A stretch of DNA of 64,000 bases from Candidatus Promineifilaceae bacterium (GTDB lineage: Bacteria; Chloroflexota; Anaerolineae; Promineifilales; Promineifilaceae), in NCBI GenBank assembly GCA_033722615.1, contig JAWVYQ010000001.1, positions 21-64,020 on the forward strand, given 5' to 3'. The position numbers were made by a program, and so were the translations under genes. Of this stretch, positions 1 through 10,966 are shown one piece after another. The number at the start of each line of letters is the position of its first letter. Within the stretch, counting starts at the first letter, position 1. The notes beneath the pieces were generated by a model, which ran no database searches, was not told the origin of the DNA, and worked only from the letters and a program-made list of their open reading frames with translations.

Positions 1-637
1 GCCGCGAACGCCCATCACCGCTCGTTTGCTCGCCGACATGATCGAGGTCGCCGGCGCCGACCGTTGGATGACCCTAGACCTGCACGCCGGTCAGATTCAA
101 GGCTTCTACAAAATCCCCGGCGACGTGCTTACCGCCCGTTACATTCTCGTCGATTTCTTCAAGCAGAAAGAACTCGGCGACGCGATCATCGTTACCCCCG
201 ACCTCGGCTTTGCCAAAGGCGGCCGCCGCTATGCTGACGACCTTGGCCTCCCCCTCGCCTTCGTCGAAAAACGGCGCCTGGGCAACGATCTCCGCCGCCA
301 GGCCCTGACCCTAATCGGCGACGTGGAGGACAAAAATGTCATCGTCGTCGACGACCTGGTCGATACCGGCGGCTCTATCCAGCAGGCGGTCCAGGTTGTC
401 CGCGACCACGGTGCCCAGGACGTCTACGTCGCCTTCACCCACGCCGTGCTCTCTGAACCGGCCATCGAGCGATTGGCATCCCTCTCCGTCAAGGAGATCG
501 TTACCACCGACACCATTCCCATCCCCGAGGAAAAAATGCTGCCCAACATTACCGTTCTCACCGTCGCCGAGCTGTTGGGTGAAGTCATTGTTCGCTCGCA
601 TGAAGGTCGCAGCGTCGGCGAACTCTTCAACGAATAA
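1..637 (+). CDS. prs: ribose-phosphate pyrophosphokinase (PRPP synthetase), 5'-truncated by window edge
   Basis: Frame is open from position 2. Translation ...TPITARLLADMIEVAGADRWMTLDLHAGQIQGF...VVDDLVDTGGS... matches the Prs core, including the PRPP-binding loop. Confidence 0.9.
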   Translation, partial: PRTPITARLLADMIEVAGADRWMTLDLHAGQIQGFYKIPGDVLTARYILVDFFKQKELGDAIIVTPDLGFAKGGRRYADDLGLPLAFVEKRRLGNDLRRQALTLIGDVEDKNVIVVDDLVDTGGSIQQAVQVVRDHGAQDVYVAFTHAVLSEPAIERLASLSVKEIVTTDTIPIPEEKMLPNITVLTVAELLGEVIVRSHEGRSVGELFNE

Positions 638-846
638 AGCCGGCTAAACCGATTAATATTTCGGGAAAGTAGTACTGTTTTTACAGCTTTCTTATTGCAG
701 AAACCAGCCGAATCCCGTAATCTGAAGGAGTGATCAAGGCGTCGCACTCGTAGAGCAGCTTATTAAGGTTGCCTGCAACAAGCGTGTCGGCGACAAGTAA
801 GACAAGGTTTAATTCAACTAATCGGGCCATTTGCCCACCTTATTAT

Positions 847-3800
847 ATGCTAAAGAAAATACTCCATAAGATAGTTGGCGATCCCAACCAAAAGCTACTC
901 GAAAGCTTGCAGCCTGACGTCGAGGGGATCGGCGAGCTGGGCAAGCAATTCGCCGGCTACGACGATGATGAGCTGAGAGAGCGTTCTGTCGAACTCAAGT
1001 CTCGCTATGAGGCCGGGGAGACCCTCGAAGAGCTCCTGCCCGAGGCCTTTGCCCTCGTTCGCGAAGCGGCCGAGCGTACCATCGGTCTGCGGCACTATGA
1101 CGTTCAGATCATGGGCGGCATTTTGCTCCATCGCGGCAACGTCGTCGAGATGCGCACCGGTGAAGGTAAGACCCTCGTCGCCACGCTCCCCCTCTACCTC
1201 AACGCTCTCACCGGCAAAGGCGCCCACCTCGTCACCGTCAACGAATACTTGGCCAAGCGTGACGGCGGCTGGATGGGCAAGGTTTTCCACGCGCTCGGCC
1301 TCTCCGTTGGCTGCATTGGCCCTCAACGCTTCTCTGCCCTCTACGACCCCAATTACCTGGACCCCACGGCCGAGCTGGAAGACGAGCGCCTCGTTCACTG
1401 GCGGCCGTGTGAACGGCGTGAGGCTTATCGCGCCGACATCACCTACGGCACCAGTAGCGAATTTGGGTTCGACTACCTGCGGGACAACATGGCGAAAAGT
1501 AAAGAAGATCTTGTGCAACCCGAGACCCTCAACTACGCCATCATCGACGAGGTCGACAACGTCCTCATCGACGAAGCTCGCACGCCCCTTATCATTTCCG
1601 GTCCCGCCGACCAGAGCGGCAAAGATTATGCCCGCTTTTCCCAATACGTCCGCGGGCTACGGCGCAACACGGCCGAAGAGGAAGAAGAGCCCAACGGACA
1701 CTACGACATTGACGAAAAAAGCCGCTCCATCAGCCTCACCGAAATGGGCATCGCCGAGATTGAGGATCGGATTCCCGAGATTAACGTAGAAGCCGGCGAC
1801 AGCCTTTACGAACCTCGCTTTTATCATCTTACTTACTACCTTGATAACGCCCTCAAGGCCGAGTATCTCTTCAAGCGGGATCACGAATACGTCGTCCAGG
1901 ATGGGCAAGTCATTATCGTCGATAGCTCCACCGGCCGTCTTATGCCCGGCCGCCGCTATTCCGACGGCCTCCATGAGGCCATCGAGGCTAAGGAAGGCGT
2001 GCGCATCAAGCGCGAGACGACCACCGTTGCCACCATCACCATCCAGAACTACTTCCGCCTCTACGACAAATTGGCCGGTATGACCGGCACGGCTGTCACC
2101 GACGCCGAAGAGTTCGACGAAGTTTACGATCTGGAGGTCGTCCCCCTGCCCACCAACGTCCAATACATCGTCGACTCCGGCGAGATGGGGCTCGAAGAGA
2201 TGGAGGAAAAGGTTAACGGCGCCCGGCAAACCTATTACGCCCAGCCTGAGGAACCTGAACAGCCCGTCTTCTTCAAGCGCCTCGACTACCAGGATCAAGT
2301 TTACGCCAATGAGGAAGCGAAGGACAAAGCCATCGTTCGCGAAATCAAGCGCGTGCACGACACCGGCCGTCCCGTCCTCGTCGGCACCACGTCCGTGGAG
2401 CACTCTGAGAACATCCATAAGATGCTCAACAGAGAGGACATCGACCATTACGTGCTCAACGCCAAGCAGCACGATTCCGAGGCCCTCGTCGTTGCCCAGG
2501 CCGGCCGCAAAGGCTCCGTTACCATCTCCACCAACATGGCCGGCCGCGGTACCGACATCCTGCTGGGTGGTAATCCTGAAGGGCTGGCTGCCGAGATACT
2601 TGAAGACGAGCTGTTTGACCAGGACGACCTCACGCGCCTGGCCGAGCGCTTGGTCCAGAGCGGCGAAGAAGAGGCCTACAACTACGTCCGGCAGCGCTCC
2701 GAATTAACTGAAGATCTGGTCGATGCCTTGCTGGAGACCCAGCGAGAGTTTGACGCTGCCCTCGAAGGCATCGATGAATATGGCGAAGCAAGCTATCTCG
2801 CGCGTACGCTTCAGGAGCCTTATGGCGTTGACTACAACGACGCCGAGTTCATTGTCCGCCTTGTTAGTCGCGGCAATCTTGCTGAAGCGCGCTCGTCTGC
2901 CGAGGAAATGGGCGTTGACATCGCCCTTGTAGACGAGATCGCTCGTCGTCGGGAAGAGTACCGACAGTACCGCGTAAGCAAGCGCAACCCCCGCGACGCC
3001 GCCGGCTTCCTGGCCAAGAAACGGTTCGAACACAACTACGACGGCCGCTCGGCCCTTATCCGCGCCGTGCTCGGCGGAGACGATGACGAAGCGCAGAAGA
3101 TTGTCGATAACATCCCCGGTCTGGAACCTGACCTTATCCGTCGCCTAAAAGAGCTGCGAAAGGAGACCAAAGAAGAGCGACGAGAAGTCTGGAAGCTGGG
3201 CGGTCTGCACGTCATCGGTTCCGAGCGACACGAGTCACGTCGTATCGACAACCAGTTGCGCGGCCGTGCGGCGCGCCAGGGTGATCCCGGTTCCTCCCGT
3301 TTCTTCCTGTCTCTGGATGACGAACTGATGCGCCGTTTCGGCGGTGAGCGTCTGCGCCGCTTCATGGATTCGCTCAGCGACATCGAAGAAGAAGACGTTC
3401 CTCTGGAGATGGGCATTGTGGACCGCATCATTGAAAGCGCCCAGGAGCGTATCGAGGGATATAACTTCGACATCCGCAAAAATATCGTCGAATACGACGA
3501 CGTCATGAGCAAACAGCGCGAAGCGATCTACGCCGAGCGCCGCGCCATTTTGATGGGTGACGAACTCGACCTCGACGAGAAAATTGACGATGCCTTCGCA
3601 ACCTCTCTCCGCGAGCTCGTCCACAATTACATCGAGGACTACCCTGGATACGTTCAGGGCGAGATCGACCGCGCCATCGCCGATTTCAGCACTGACGCCA
3701 CCGACACAATTAATGTCAAGGGTGTCTTGCTCCGCCTGCGCGGACTGCTGCCCGGCGTTACCGAACTCGATCCCGCCGAACTGTCCCACCTCTCCGGCCG

Positions 3801-4761
3801 CGAACTCTCTGAACGCCTTCTGCGCCTGGCCCATGAGAACGTCGAGCGCGGCGAAAATCTCTACCAGCTCTTGCAGGCCACGCGCCGCTTCATACCGTTG
3901 GTGCCGGCCGTGCCCAATCTCGCCGCCTACATGAAAGGGCGTCGCTCCGGCCACCTGCAAACCCGCGAAAACGTCCGCCGCGACTTTATCGAAGAGGTCA
4001 AGTCCCTCTTCGAAAGCTTCCTCGCCGATTACGTGGAAGACGATGAGCGCGAAGCTATCTGGAAAGAGGCTTCTTCCGATCTCAACGAAGCCTTCGATCA
4101 CTTTGCCGTCGAAGGTGTGTCGCGGAGCGAGCTGGACAAGCAACAAGAGCGCTTCCGCGAGGAGGTCGACGAAACGTTGCGTCGCCTTCTCATCGATAGC
4201 CTTCAGGCTCTGGACGCCGAACGTCTCTTCCAGGCCCTGCAGGATCGCGTACAAACCGAGCAGGAACGGTGGCGTGAAAAAATCGGCGAAGAACAATACC
4301 AGGAATTCCAGAAGATGTTGCTCGTCAGCAAGATCGACACTGAGTGGCGCGACTACCTGACTGCTATGGACGACCTCCGCCGCGAGGTCAACCTGGAAGC
4401 CTTCGCTCAGCGCGATCCTAAGGTCGAATATAAGCGCCGTTCCTATCAAATGTTTGCCGACATGCGCCGCAACATTGACGAGGCCGTCGTCGATTCCTTC
4501 TTCCGCGAACTCCCCCGGCGCCAGGAATTTATCCAGCGCCAGGAAGCTATCGAAGCGTACGAGGAGCGGATGATCGATGCCGGCTACCAGATCAAACAGC
4601 GAGATCAGGGCAAAGGATACGAAGTGCGCCGGGACGTGGCCAAAGTGGGGCGCAACGATCCCTGCCCCTGCGGTAGCGGGAAAAAGTATAAGCATTGCCA
4701 TGGGCATCCCAGGCGACAGCGCGCCCGCCGCAATCGGAGTCGCGCCGGATCACGTCGCTGA
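847..4761 (+). CDS. secA: preprotein translocase ATPase SecA (unusually long, ~1300 aa)
   Basis: ATG at 847 gives the canonical N-terminus [20 protein letters not shown]-motor motifs are present ([70 protein letters not shown]). C-terminal zinc finger [14 protein letters not shown]. The TTG at 769 only adds a non-SecA-like extension. Confidence 0.95.
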   Translation: MLKKILHKIVGDPNQKLLESLQPDVEGIGELGKQFAGYDDDELRERSVELKSRYEAGETLEELLPEAFALVREAAERTIGLRHYDVQIMGGILLHRGNVVEMRTGEGKTLVATLPLYLNALTGKGAHLVTVNEYLAKRDGGWMGKVFHALGLSVGCIGPQRFSALYDPNYLDPTAELEDERLVHWRPCERREAYRADITYGTSSEFGFDYLRDNMAKSKEDLVQPETLNYAIIDEVDNVLIDEARTPLIISGPADQSGKDYARFSQYVRGLRRNTAEEEEEPNGHYDIDEKSRSISLTEMGIAEIEDRIPEINVEAGDSLYEPRFYHLTYYLDNALKAEYLFKRDHEYVVQDGQVIIVDSSTGRLMPGRRYSDGLHEAIEAKEGVRIKRETTTVATITIQNYFRLYDKLAGMTGTAVTDAEEFDEVYDLEVVPLPTNVQYIVDSGEMGLEEMEEKVNGARQTYYAQPEEPEQPVFFKRLDYQDQVYANEEAKDKAIVREIKRVHDTGRPVLVGTTSVEHSENIHKMLNREDIDHYVLNAKQHDSEALVVAQAGRKGSVTISTNMAGRGTDILLGGNPEGLAAEILEDELFDQDDLTRLAERLVQSGEEEAYNYVRQRSELTEDLVDALLETQREFDAALEGIDEYGEASYLARTLQEPYGVDYNDAEFIVRLVSRGNLAEARSSAEEMGVDIALVDEIARRREEYRQYRVSKRNPRDAAGFLAKKRFEHNYDGRSALIRAVLGGDDDEAQKIVDNIPGLEPDLIRRLKELRKETKEERREVWKLGGLHVIGSERHESRRIDNQLRGRAARQGDPGSSRFFLSLDDELMRRFGGERLRRFMDSLSDIEEEDVPLEMGIVDRIIESAQERIEGYNFDIRKNIVEYDDVMSKQREAIYAERRAILMGDELDLDEKIDDAFATSLRELVHNYIEDYPGYVQGEIDRAIADFSTDATDTINVKGVLLRLRGLLPGVTELDPAELSHLSGRELSERLLRLAHENVERGENLYQLLQATRRFIPLVPAVPNLAAYMKGRRSGHLQTRENVRRDFIEEVKSLFESFLADYVEDDEREAIWKEASSDLNEAFDHFAVEGVSRSELDKQQERFREEVDETLRRLLIDSLQALDAERLFQALQDRVQTEQERWREKIGEEQYQEFQKMLLVSKIDTEWRDYLTAMDDLRREVNLEAFAQRDPKVEYKRRSYQMFADMRRNIDEAVVDSFFRELPRRQEFIQRQEAIEAYEERMIDAGYQIKQRDQGKGYEVRRDVAKVGRNDPCPCGSGKKYKHCHGHPRRQRARRNRSRAGSRR

Positions 4762-4908
4762 ACGCTCGCCCACAATACGTTGTGGCACGTACGTTAGTGC
4801 CTCCGTTCATAGCGGGTTTTTTGGCGCCCGCTACCAGGCCAGGACGGGAGATCGCGCTTGGGCAGTCGCTGGTGCCAGGGGTCCCGGCGCGACGGAGATG
4901 CCGGTCAG

Positions 4909-7900
4909 ATGCCGGATGTACAGTTAGCGACAGCCAGCTCAAAATTACGCGCCTTACACGCCTTCCAGGAGGCGCTTGACGCTGCGTCGTCGCAGGCGGC
5001 CGTCTTTCGCCTCGTTTCCGATTTCGTCGAATTGCATCTTCAAAAGGCCTCTGCCTACTTTCACGAGCCTGACGTAGACCACGGGTCGCCGTCCGCTCCC
5101 GGCGTGCAGATTTCGCTCCCGCTGCGTCCCGACCTGCATCTGAGCCTGAGGCGAGGCGATCCCTTTACCGAAGATGAACTCGCCCTGGCCGAACTGGTTG
5201 CTTCCCTGCTGCGGCAGGCGCCCGCCCTTTCGCGGCCGGTTCGTTCCCACAGCGCTCTCACCCTCTTCCACGAACTCCGGCAGGCTATCGCTCACGCCCA
5301 TGACCTCGACGCCATCCTTTCGCTGTTGGAGTCTAGACTCCCCGACGCCTTTCCGGAGCTTTCTGCCGACATCTTCCTGGCCGAAAACGAAGAGGAGTGG
5401 GAGCAACGCGCTACGCGTCTCGGCCGTCTGGATGGGCCGCCCGCCGAACGCCGCGAAGAGGGGGAAAACGAGCAGGCCGACTGCATAGAAGCCCTCCACC
5501 GGGGAGAAACCCTGCTCCTGGACGAGGCTGGTCGCCGTGTGCCGGTTGGCGAAGCGCCTACCTCACCTCTTACCCGGGCCGTGATTCCCCTCCGTGTAGA
5601 AGAATCGCCCGTTGGCCTTCTCCACGCGGACGGCCGCGGTTACAATGCCCTCTCCGGCCAGGACGTCCTGTCTCTGGAGCTTCTGGCAGCAACCATCGCC
5701 ATCGCCCTTCGCACCGAACGCCTCGTCGGCGAAGCCCGGCAGCGGACCACCGAAATGGAGATGGTCCATGCCATGACCGAGTCGGCGCGCAACCTGAAAC
5801 CACTCCATCCTACCCTTGCCGAGATTCACGCTCAGATCGAGCAGGCTTTCGACGTGCGCGCCTTTCTGGTTGCCCTCTACGAGGTGGAGGAAGAGTTATT
5901 GACCTTTCCCTACGCCGTCGACGAAGGCGAGCCGTTGGCCGTTGAACCGGTCTCCGTCCATGATCAGGACAGCCTCTTTGCCTGGGTCGTCCGTCACAAT
6001 CGCCCCTTTATCACCGGCGACTGGCATCAGGATGAACGCCCGATGGCCGGCGTCGAACTCAAAGATGCCGTCCCCCACTCTGTTTTCTGCTACCCTCTCC
6101 GCATTGGGGATGAAGTCGTCGGTGCCTTTTCCGTCCAAAGCCACCGGCCGCACGTCTTTACCGACGACGACTACCGTCTCCTGACGTCGATAGCGGACCA
6201 GGTGGCCGTCATCGTCCGCAATGCCCGCCTCTACTCGACCACTCAGGGGTTGGTCGATAAGATTGCCCGCGAATATCTCACTGCTGCCTCTCTGCGCCAG
6301 GCCATTGCTTCCATGGGGACCTCTCTCGATCGGGAGGCCATTCTCGACTTCTTGCTCGTCTCGTTGGAAGATATGGTTGGTTACGACAGCGCCATCGTGA
6401 CCCTCATCGAGGACGAAGACGTCGTCACCTTCGCCCATCGTGTCGATGAAGACGGTGAGCCGGCGACCGTCGTCTCCGGCGGCGACGCCGAAACCTTGCT
6501 CGGCGGCCGTTTTGTTACCAGGATAATACGTTCCAAAGAGGCCATTCTGGTCGACGACGTGCGCGACGACCCTCAATGGGCGGACGGCATCCAGGACGAG
6601 GGCGTCGGTTCCCGCCTGGGCGTGCCCATGCTCGCCGGCGACGCTGTGACCGGTGTCCTGATTCTGGAGGATGAGCGGCCGGGTGCTTATGGACAGCGCG
6701 AGGCCTGGTTGGTTTCCGCCCTCGTCTCCCATGCCTCTCTCGCCGTGCAAAACGCCCGCCTGCATGAGGAGGTCCAGGACCAGCTTGACGAGTTATCCAC
6801 CCTCTACGAAGCCAGCAATGCCATTAACGCCAACCTGGATGAGGAAACCCTCCTGCGCACCGTCGTCGGGGAGATGGTGCGCGCCCTTGACGTCGATAGT
6901 TGCACCATTTTTGTCTGGAGCGAGAATCAGCAAGCGTTGCAAACGGCCGCCCATCAGCACCAGTTGGCGTCTGATGGTGAGGATGACGATCCGACTACCG
7001 TTGGTCTGGGCAGCCTTGGCGACCTTGAAGACAATCCTGTCGTCCGGCGCGTCCTCGACACTCAGGACGTTGGTCATTTGCACCGGGATACCGTCGCCTC
7101 CGACGAGGTCCGTGCACTGCTCGACGTTGCCGGCCTGGACATCCTGCTCCTGGTTCCCCTCGTGCGACGCGAACAGACGCTGGGCCTTCTCGCTCTGGGC
7201 CAGGCGGGAACCGATCGCCCCTTTACAGAGCGCGAATTACGCCTGACGCGCAATCTTGCAGCCCAGGTCGCCGTTGCTCTGGAGCACGCTCGCCTTTACT
7301 CGCAGGTTCGGCGGCGCGTCGAAGAGTTGTCCACCTTCCACCAGATCGTTCTGCAACTCAATACCCCGCTGGAGCTGGAGGTCGTCCTGGAAAACATTAC
7401 CGAGTCCGCACTCCAGCTTATCGGCGCCAACAACCTGCACATCTATCTCTACGATGACGACCAGGACGAATTCACCTTTTGCTCCGCCCTGTGGCGCGAC
7501 GGCCGCCGCACGCCGGCCGTCGCCGCCCCCCGCTCCGATGGCCTGACCGCCCGCGTTGTCCACGGTGGCGAAGCCATTATCGTCGACGACGCACCAGAAC
7601 ACGCGCTTTATCAGGGGCCGGAATCCTCTAACTGGGGCGTCTGCGCCATTGCCGGCTTCCCACTAAAGCATGGCGACCGCGTCATTGGGGCCTTTACCGT
7701 TACCTATCTGGAGCCCCACACCTTCACCCCGGATGAGTTGCTGCTCATGAACCTTCTGGCCGACCAGGCGTCTGTCGCCGTCGAAAACGCACGGCTCTTC
7801 GCCGAAGCCCAGCAGCGCTTGCGGAGCATGTCCGCTCTGGTCGATATGGCCAAACAGGTCACCGGCAACCTGAAAGTGGAGATGGTCATGCAGACAACGG

Positions 7901-9060
7901 TGCAACGGCTCCAGAAGCTGCTCGACGCTCGGGCCAGCACCATCTCCCTTCTCTCCGATGACGGTGAGGAGCTTGTGGTCGAGGCGGCCGCCGGTATTAA
8001 GCCTGAATACCATCGCGTGCGCATGAAACTAGGTGAAGGCGTTTCCGGCCGTGCTGTCAAAGAGCAGCGCATGATTTACGTCCGCGACACCAGCGACGAC
8101 CCCGATTTTCTCTTTTTCGATCCCATTCTCCGCTCTCTGTTGGTCGTCCCGTTGGTCGCGCGTAACGAAGTCATCGGCACCCTCTCCGTCGACAGTGATC
8201 AGCCCAACGCCTTTACCGAATCAGACGTGCAGTTGATGACGATTGCCGGCGCTCAGGTGAGCGTGGCCATCGCCAACGCGCGCCTTTTTGAAGCTGTGGA
8301 AGAGCGAGCGGCCGAACTGGCCGTTGCCTATCGGGAGCTGAAAGAGAGCGATCGCCTTAAGGACGAGTTGGTGCAGAACGTCTCTCACGAATTGCGTACG
8401 CCGCTGACCTTCATCCGTGGCTACATTGACCTTCTCCTCGATGGTGAGATGGGCATCGTCACCGCCGAACAGCAGCAGGCCCTCCAGATAATCTCAGACA
8501 AGACCGATGAGGTGACGCGCCTCGTCCAGGATATCATGGCCCTCCAGCGTATTAACGAACAGAACCTGGTGTACGAGCCTTTCTCCATGGCGCGCCTGCT
8601 GTACACGGCCGTTGATTGTCACCGGATGAGCGCCAACCAGCACGGCCTCGACCTTGTCTTCGATCCACCCCCTTCTGACGGAATCGTCGTCGGAGATAAG
8701 GGGCGCATCAATCAGGTGCTCGATAATCTGATTGGTAACGCAATCAAGTTCAGCCCAGACGGCGGTACCATCACCTTGCGAATGGTCGAGCGCCGCGACG
8801 ACGTCCTCGTGGTCGTCGCCGACGAGGGAATTGGACTCCCTTCTGACAAGGCTGCCCGTATCTTTGACCGCTTTTACCAGGTTGACGGTTCGTCGCGCCG
8901 CCGTTTTGGAGGAGCGGGTATCGGTCTCGCAATCGTAAAAAGGATTATGGACGCTCACCATGGCGACATCTGGGTGCGGAGCGAACTCAATCGGGGGAGT
9001 TCCTTCTATTTCACCCTGCCTAAGGAACAAGGACAAGAGACGATCCGTAGCATGCAATAA
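4909..9060 (+). CDS. multi-GAF sensor histidine kinase
   Basis: ORF is open from TTG 4858; the first ATG at 4909 has GGAG upstream, so the start is uncertain. There are many GAF-like modules, each ending in ...A.QVAVA(I/L)ENARL(Y/F). C-terminal HisKA H-box SHELRTPLTFIRGY. HATPase_c boxes DNLIGNAIKF, DEGIGL and GGAGIGLAIV. Confidence 0.9.
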   Translation: MPDVQLATASSKLRALHAFQEALDAASSQAAVFRLVSDFVELHLQKASAYFHEPDVDHGSPSAPGVQISLPLRPDLHLSLRRGDPFTEDELALAELVASLLRQAPALSRPVRSHSALTLFHELRQAIAHAHDLDAILSLLESRLPDAFPELSADIFLAENEEEWEQRATRLGRLDGPPAERREEGENEQADCIEALHRGETLLLDEAGRRVPVGEAPTSPLTRAVIPLRVEESPVGLLHADGRGYNALSGQDVLSLELLAATIAIALRTERLVGEARQRTTEMEMVHAMTESARNLKPLHPTLAEIHAQIEQAFDVRAFLVALYEVEEELLTFPYAVDEGEPLAVEPVSVHDQDSLFAWVVRHNRPFITGDWHQDERPMAGVELKDAVPHSVFCYPLRIGDEVVGAFSVQSHRPHVFTDDDYRLLTSIADQVAVIVRNARLYSTTQGLVDKIAREYLTAASLRQAIASMGTSLDREAILDFLLVSLEDMVGYDSAIVTLIEDEDVVTFAHRVDEDGEPATVVSGGDAETLLGGRFVTRIIRSKEAILVDDVRDDPQWADGIQDEGVGSRLGVPMLAGDAVTGVLILEDERPGAYGQREAWLVSALVSHASLAVQNARLHEEVQDQLDELSTLYEASNAINANLDEETLLRTVVGEMVRALDVDSCTIFVWSENQQALQTAAHQHQLASDGEDDDPTTVGLGSLGDLEDNPVVRRVLDTQDVGHLHRDTVASDEVRALLDVAGLDILLLVPLVRREQTLGLLALGQAGTDRPFTERELRLTRNLAAQVAVALEHARLYSQVRRRVEELSTFHQIVLQLNTPLELEVVLENITESALQLIGANNLHIYLYDDDQDEFTFCSALWRDGRRTPAVAAPRSDGLTARVVHGGEAIIVDDAPEHALYQGPESSNWGVCAIAGFPLKHGDRVIGAFTVTYLEPHTFTPDELLLMNLLADQASVAVENARLFAEAQQRLRSMSALVDMAKQVTGNLKVEMVMQTTVQRLQKLLDARASTISLLSDDGEELVVEAAAGIKPEYHRVRMKLGEGVSGRAVKEQRMIYVRDTSDDPDFLFFDPILRSLLVVPLVARNEVIGTLSVDSDQPNAFTESDVQLMTIAGAQVSVAIANARLFEAVEERAAELAVAYRELKESDRLKDELVQNVSHELRTPLTFIRGYIDLLLDGEMGIVTAEQQQALQIISDKTDEVTRLVQDIMALQRINEQNLVYEPFSMARLLYTAVDCHRMSANQHGLDLVFDPPPSDGIVVGDKGRINQVLDNLIGNAIKFSPDGGTITLRMVERRDDVLVVVADEGIGLPSDKAARIFDRFYQVDGSSRRRFGGAGIGLAIVKRIMDAHHGDIWVRSELNRGSSFYFTLPKEQGQETIRSMQ

Positions 9061-9148
9061 GCGCCGGGCCGCTGGCCGCGTTTGCTCGGGCTCGTCGTAG
9101 CGCCGGAGCCAGGGCGGGCAGTCGACACCGGCAGAAACAGGCAATCAC

Positions 9149-10243
9149 ATGGCCCAAGAGACGCCGTTACCATCTTTCTCCTCGTCCGCCCGCGCTGGCC
9201 CCCTCTCGGCGGCCGTTTTGAAAACTCTGCCCAAGATTGACCTGCACCGCCATCTGGAAGGTTCGCTCCGCCTCGAAACGCTGGTAGAAATCGCCCGCAA
9301 ATACGATCTGGACGTCCCGGCCGAGCCTGACGTCCTACGGCCCCACGTACAAATGTTGGATGATGATCCGACCCCCTCCAATTTTCTCAGCAAATTTGCT
9401 GTCTTACGCCGCTTCTACTGTGCTCCGGAAGTGATCGGCCGCCTGGCGTATGAGGCTGTGGTAGACGCTGCGCGGGACAACGTCTGCTATCTGGAGCTTC
9501 GCTTCAGCCCACAGGCCCTGGCCAGCCAGGTGGATTTTCCACTGGATGAAGTCATGGAGTGGGTCATCGCGGGTACCAGGCAGGCCAGTGAGGAGGCAGC
9601 CATCGACGTCGGTCTCGTGGTATCCCTGGTCCGTCACGAGCCCGTTGCCATCGGCCGGCAGGTGGCCGAAATTGCCTTCGATCACTTCACCTCCCATAAC
9701 GGCGCCAGCCGCATCGTCGGTCTCGACCTCGCCGGAGATGAACTCAACCACCCGGCCGAAGATTTCGGCGATCTCTTCCAGGAAGCCCGGCGCATCGGCA
9801 TGGGCATCACCGTGCACGCCGGCGAGTGGTCCGGGCCTGAAACTGTACGCACGGCCGTCGAGAAACTGGGCGCTGCCCGTATAGGACATGGCGTACGCGC
9901 TGTCGAAAGCGAGGACGTCCTCCAGATCGTGCGCGAGCGCGGCGTGACGTTAGAAGTGTGCCTGATAAGCAATCTGCAGAGTGGCGTCGTCTACGATTTG
10001 CGCGACCATCCGCTGAGCCAACTGCTCGCCGCCGGCGTGCGGGCCACACTCAACACAGACGATCCCGCTGTTAGTGATTCCTCCCTGACACAGGAGTACG
10101 AGGCAAGTGTGCGGTTGTTGGGGTTGAGAAATGATGATTTACGCCAGATGAACTTAAACGCGGCCGAGGCCGCCTTTTTATCTGAAGAGAAACGCCGGGA
10201 TCTCGTGCGTCGCTTCCGGCAACTTTGGCCCCCGGATCTTTAG
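9149..10243 (+). CDS. add: adenosine deaminase
   Basis: LPKIDLHRHLEGSL, VHAGEW and LNTDDPAVS are the metal-binding and catalytic motifs of the adenosine/AMP deaminase family. Confidence 0.9.
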   Translation: MAQETPLPSFSSSARAGPLSAAVLKTLPKIDLHRHLEGSLRLETLVEIARKYDLDVPAEPDVLRPHVQMLDDDPTPSNFLSKFAVLRRFYCAPEVIGRLAYEAVVDAARDNVCYLELRFSPQALASQVDFPLDEVMEWVIAGTRQASEEAAIDVGLVVSLVRHEPVAIGRQVAEIAFDHFTSHNGASRIVGLDLAGDELNHPAEDFGDLFQEARRIGMGITVHAGEWSGPETVRTAVEKLGAARIGHGVRAVESEDVLQIVRERGVTLEVCLISNLQSGVVYDLRDHPLSQLLAAGVRATLNTDDPAVSDSSLTQEYEASVRLLGLRNDDLRQMNLNAAEAAFLSEEKRRDLVRRFRQLWPPDL

Positions 10244-10920
10244 CGGCTCTCCCACTCCTTTAACGCCTTCTTGATCACCAGCCGTACAGCTTTGTCCTCG
10301 ATCTCTTTCGGGTGGCGGTGGGATTTCCCATCGACCAGGATCTCCAACTCCCCCGCCGGGACCTGCCGCAGGTGAATCGAACGGCCGGCCAACGCCGGCG
10401 TGGCTCCTACGTACTTCTGTAAAATTTCGTCGATCTCCGCCACCAGGTTGACGCTGGATGAGGTCTCAGTTGTCTCGCCGGTCGACTCTGGTGCTTCGCC
10501 GACGGGCTCTGCCGTTTTGCCTGCCGGTTCTACGGGTTCTGTCGTTTCGGGCACCAGCGGCGGCAACTCCGGCTCGAGCTGCGCTGTTGTGGGTTCCGGT
10601 TCGCCCTCGGCCGTCCCCCGCAATTGTCCTTCCAGTGAGGCCAGGAACGCTTCCTGCGCGGGCGTTAGTGGTTCCTCCTCCGCTTCCCGCGCTGCCCGGC
10701 CGCGCGGCGGCTCCAACGGCGGCGCCAGGCCTGCGTTCTCTAGCGCCCGGTAGCCGCCGGCAAAAGTGATCAACTCGCCAATAGCCGCCAGCACGCGCTG
10801 CCTTACCTTGTCCGACTGGACCTCCTGCAGCTTTTCCAGCCTTTGGCCACCGGCTTCGATCACCAGCTTGCCCATCGGCGGCACCCTTATCACTCGCATC
10901 ACCTCGATCTCGTTGCGCAT
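10240..10920 (-). CDS. hypothetical protein with two related ~40-aa modules flanking a Pro/Glu/Thr-rich linker
   Basis: 226-aa ORF that fills the gap between add and mutM. The terminal modules have coding-like composition. I recognise no family. Confidence 0.55.
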   Translation of the reverse strand: MRNEIEVMRVIRVPPMGKLVIEAGGQRLEKLQEVQSDKVRQRVLAAIGELITFAGGYRALENAGLAPPLEPPRGRAAREAEEEPLTPAQEAFLASLEGQLRGTAEGEPEPTTAQLEPELPPLVPETTEPVEPAGKTAEPVGEAPESTGETTETSSSVNLVAEIDEILQKYVGATPALAGRSIHLRQVPAGELEILVDGKSHRHPKEIEDKAVRLVIKKALKEWESR

Positions 10921-10966
10921 TCTAATTCCCTCGCTACCTCGGTAGAGGTCTCGTTTAACCGATCTC

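Noticed and set aside
769-846. TTG-initiated 26-codon N-terminal extension of secA.
   Set aside because: The ATG at 847 yields the canonical SecA N-terminus (MLKKIL..G..N.K). The extension is not SecA-like and lies in an AT-rich, promoter-like region.
3235-4707. 490-aa ORF on the minus strand, entirely inside secA.
   Set aside because: It is antisense to a gene with unambiguous SecA motifs. The translation has no recognisable domains and a skewed Ala/Gly/Val/Leu composition typical of stop-free antisense frames in GC-rich DNA.
4810-4833. Hairpin TAGCGGG-ttttttggcg-CCCGCTA after secA, considered as an intrinsic terminator.
   Set aside because: The T-run is inside the loop rather than 3' of the stem, so it does not fit the canonical intrinsic terminator. 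It may still form, but I cannot support a terminator call.
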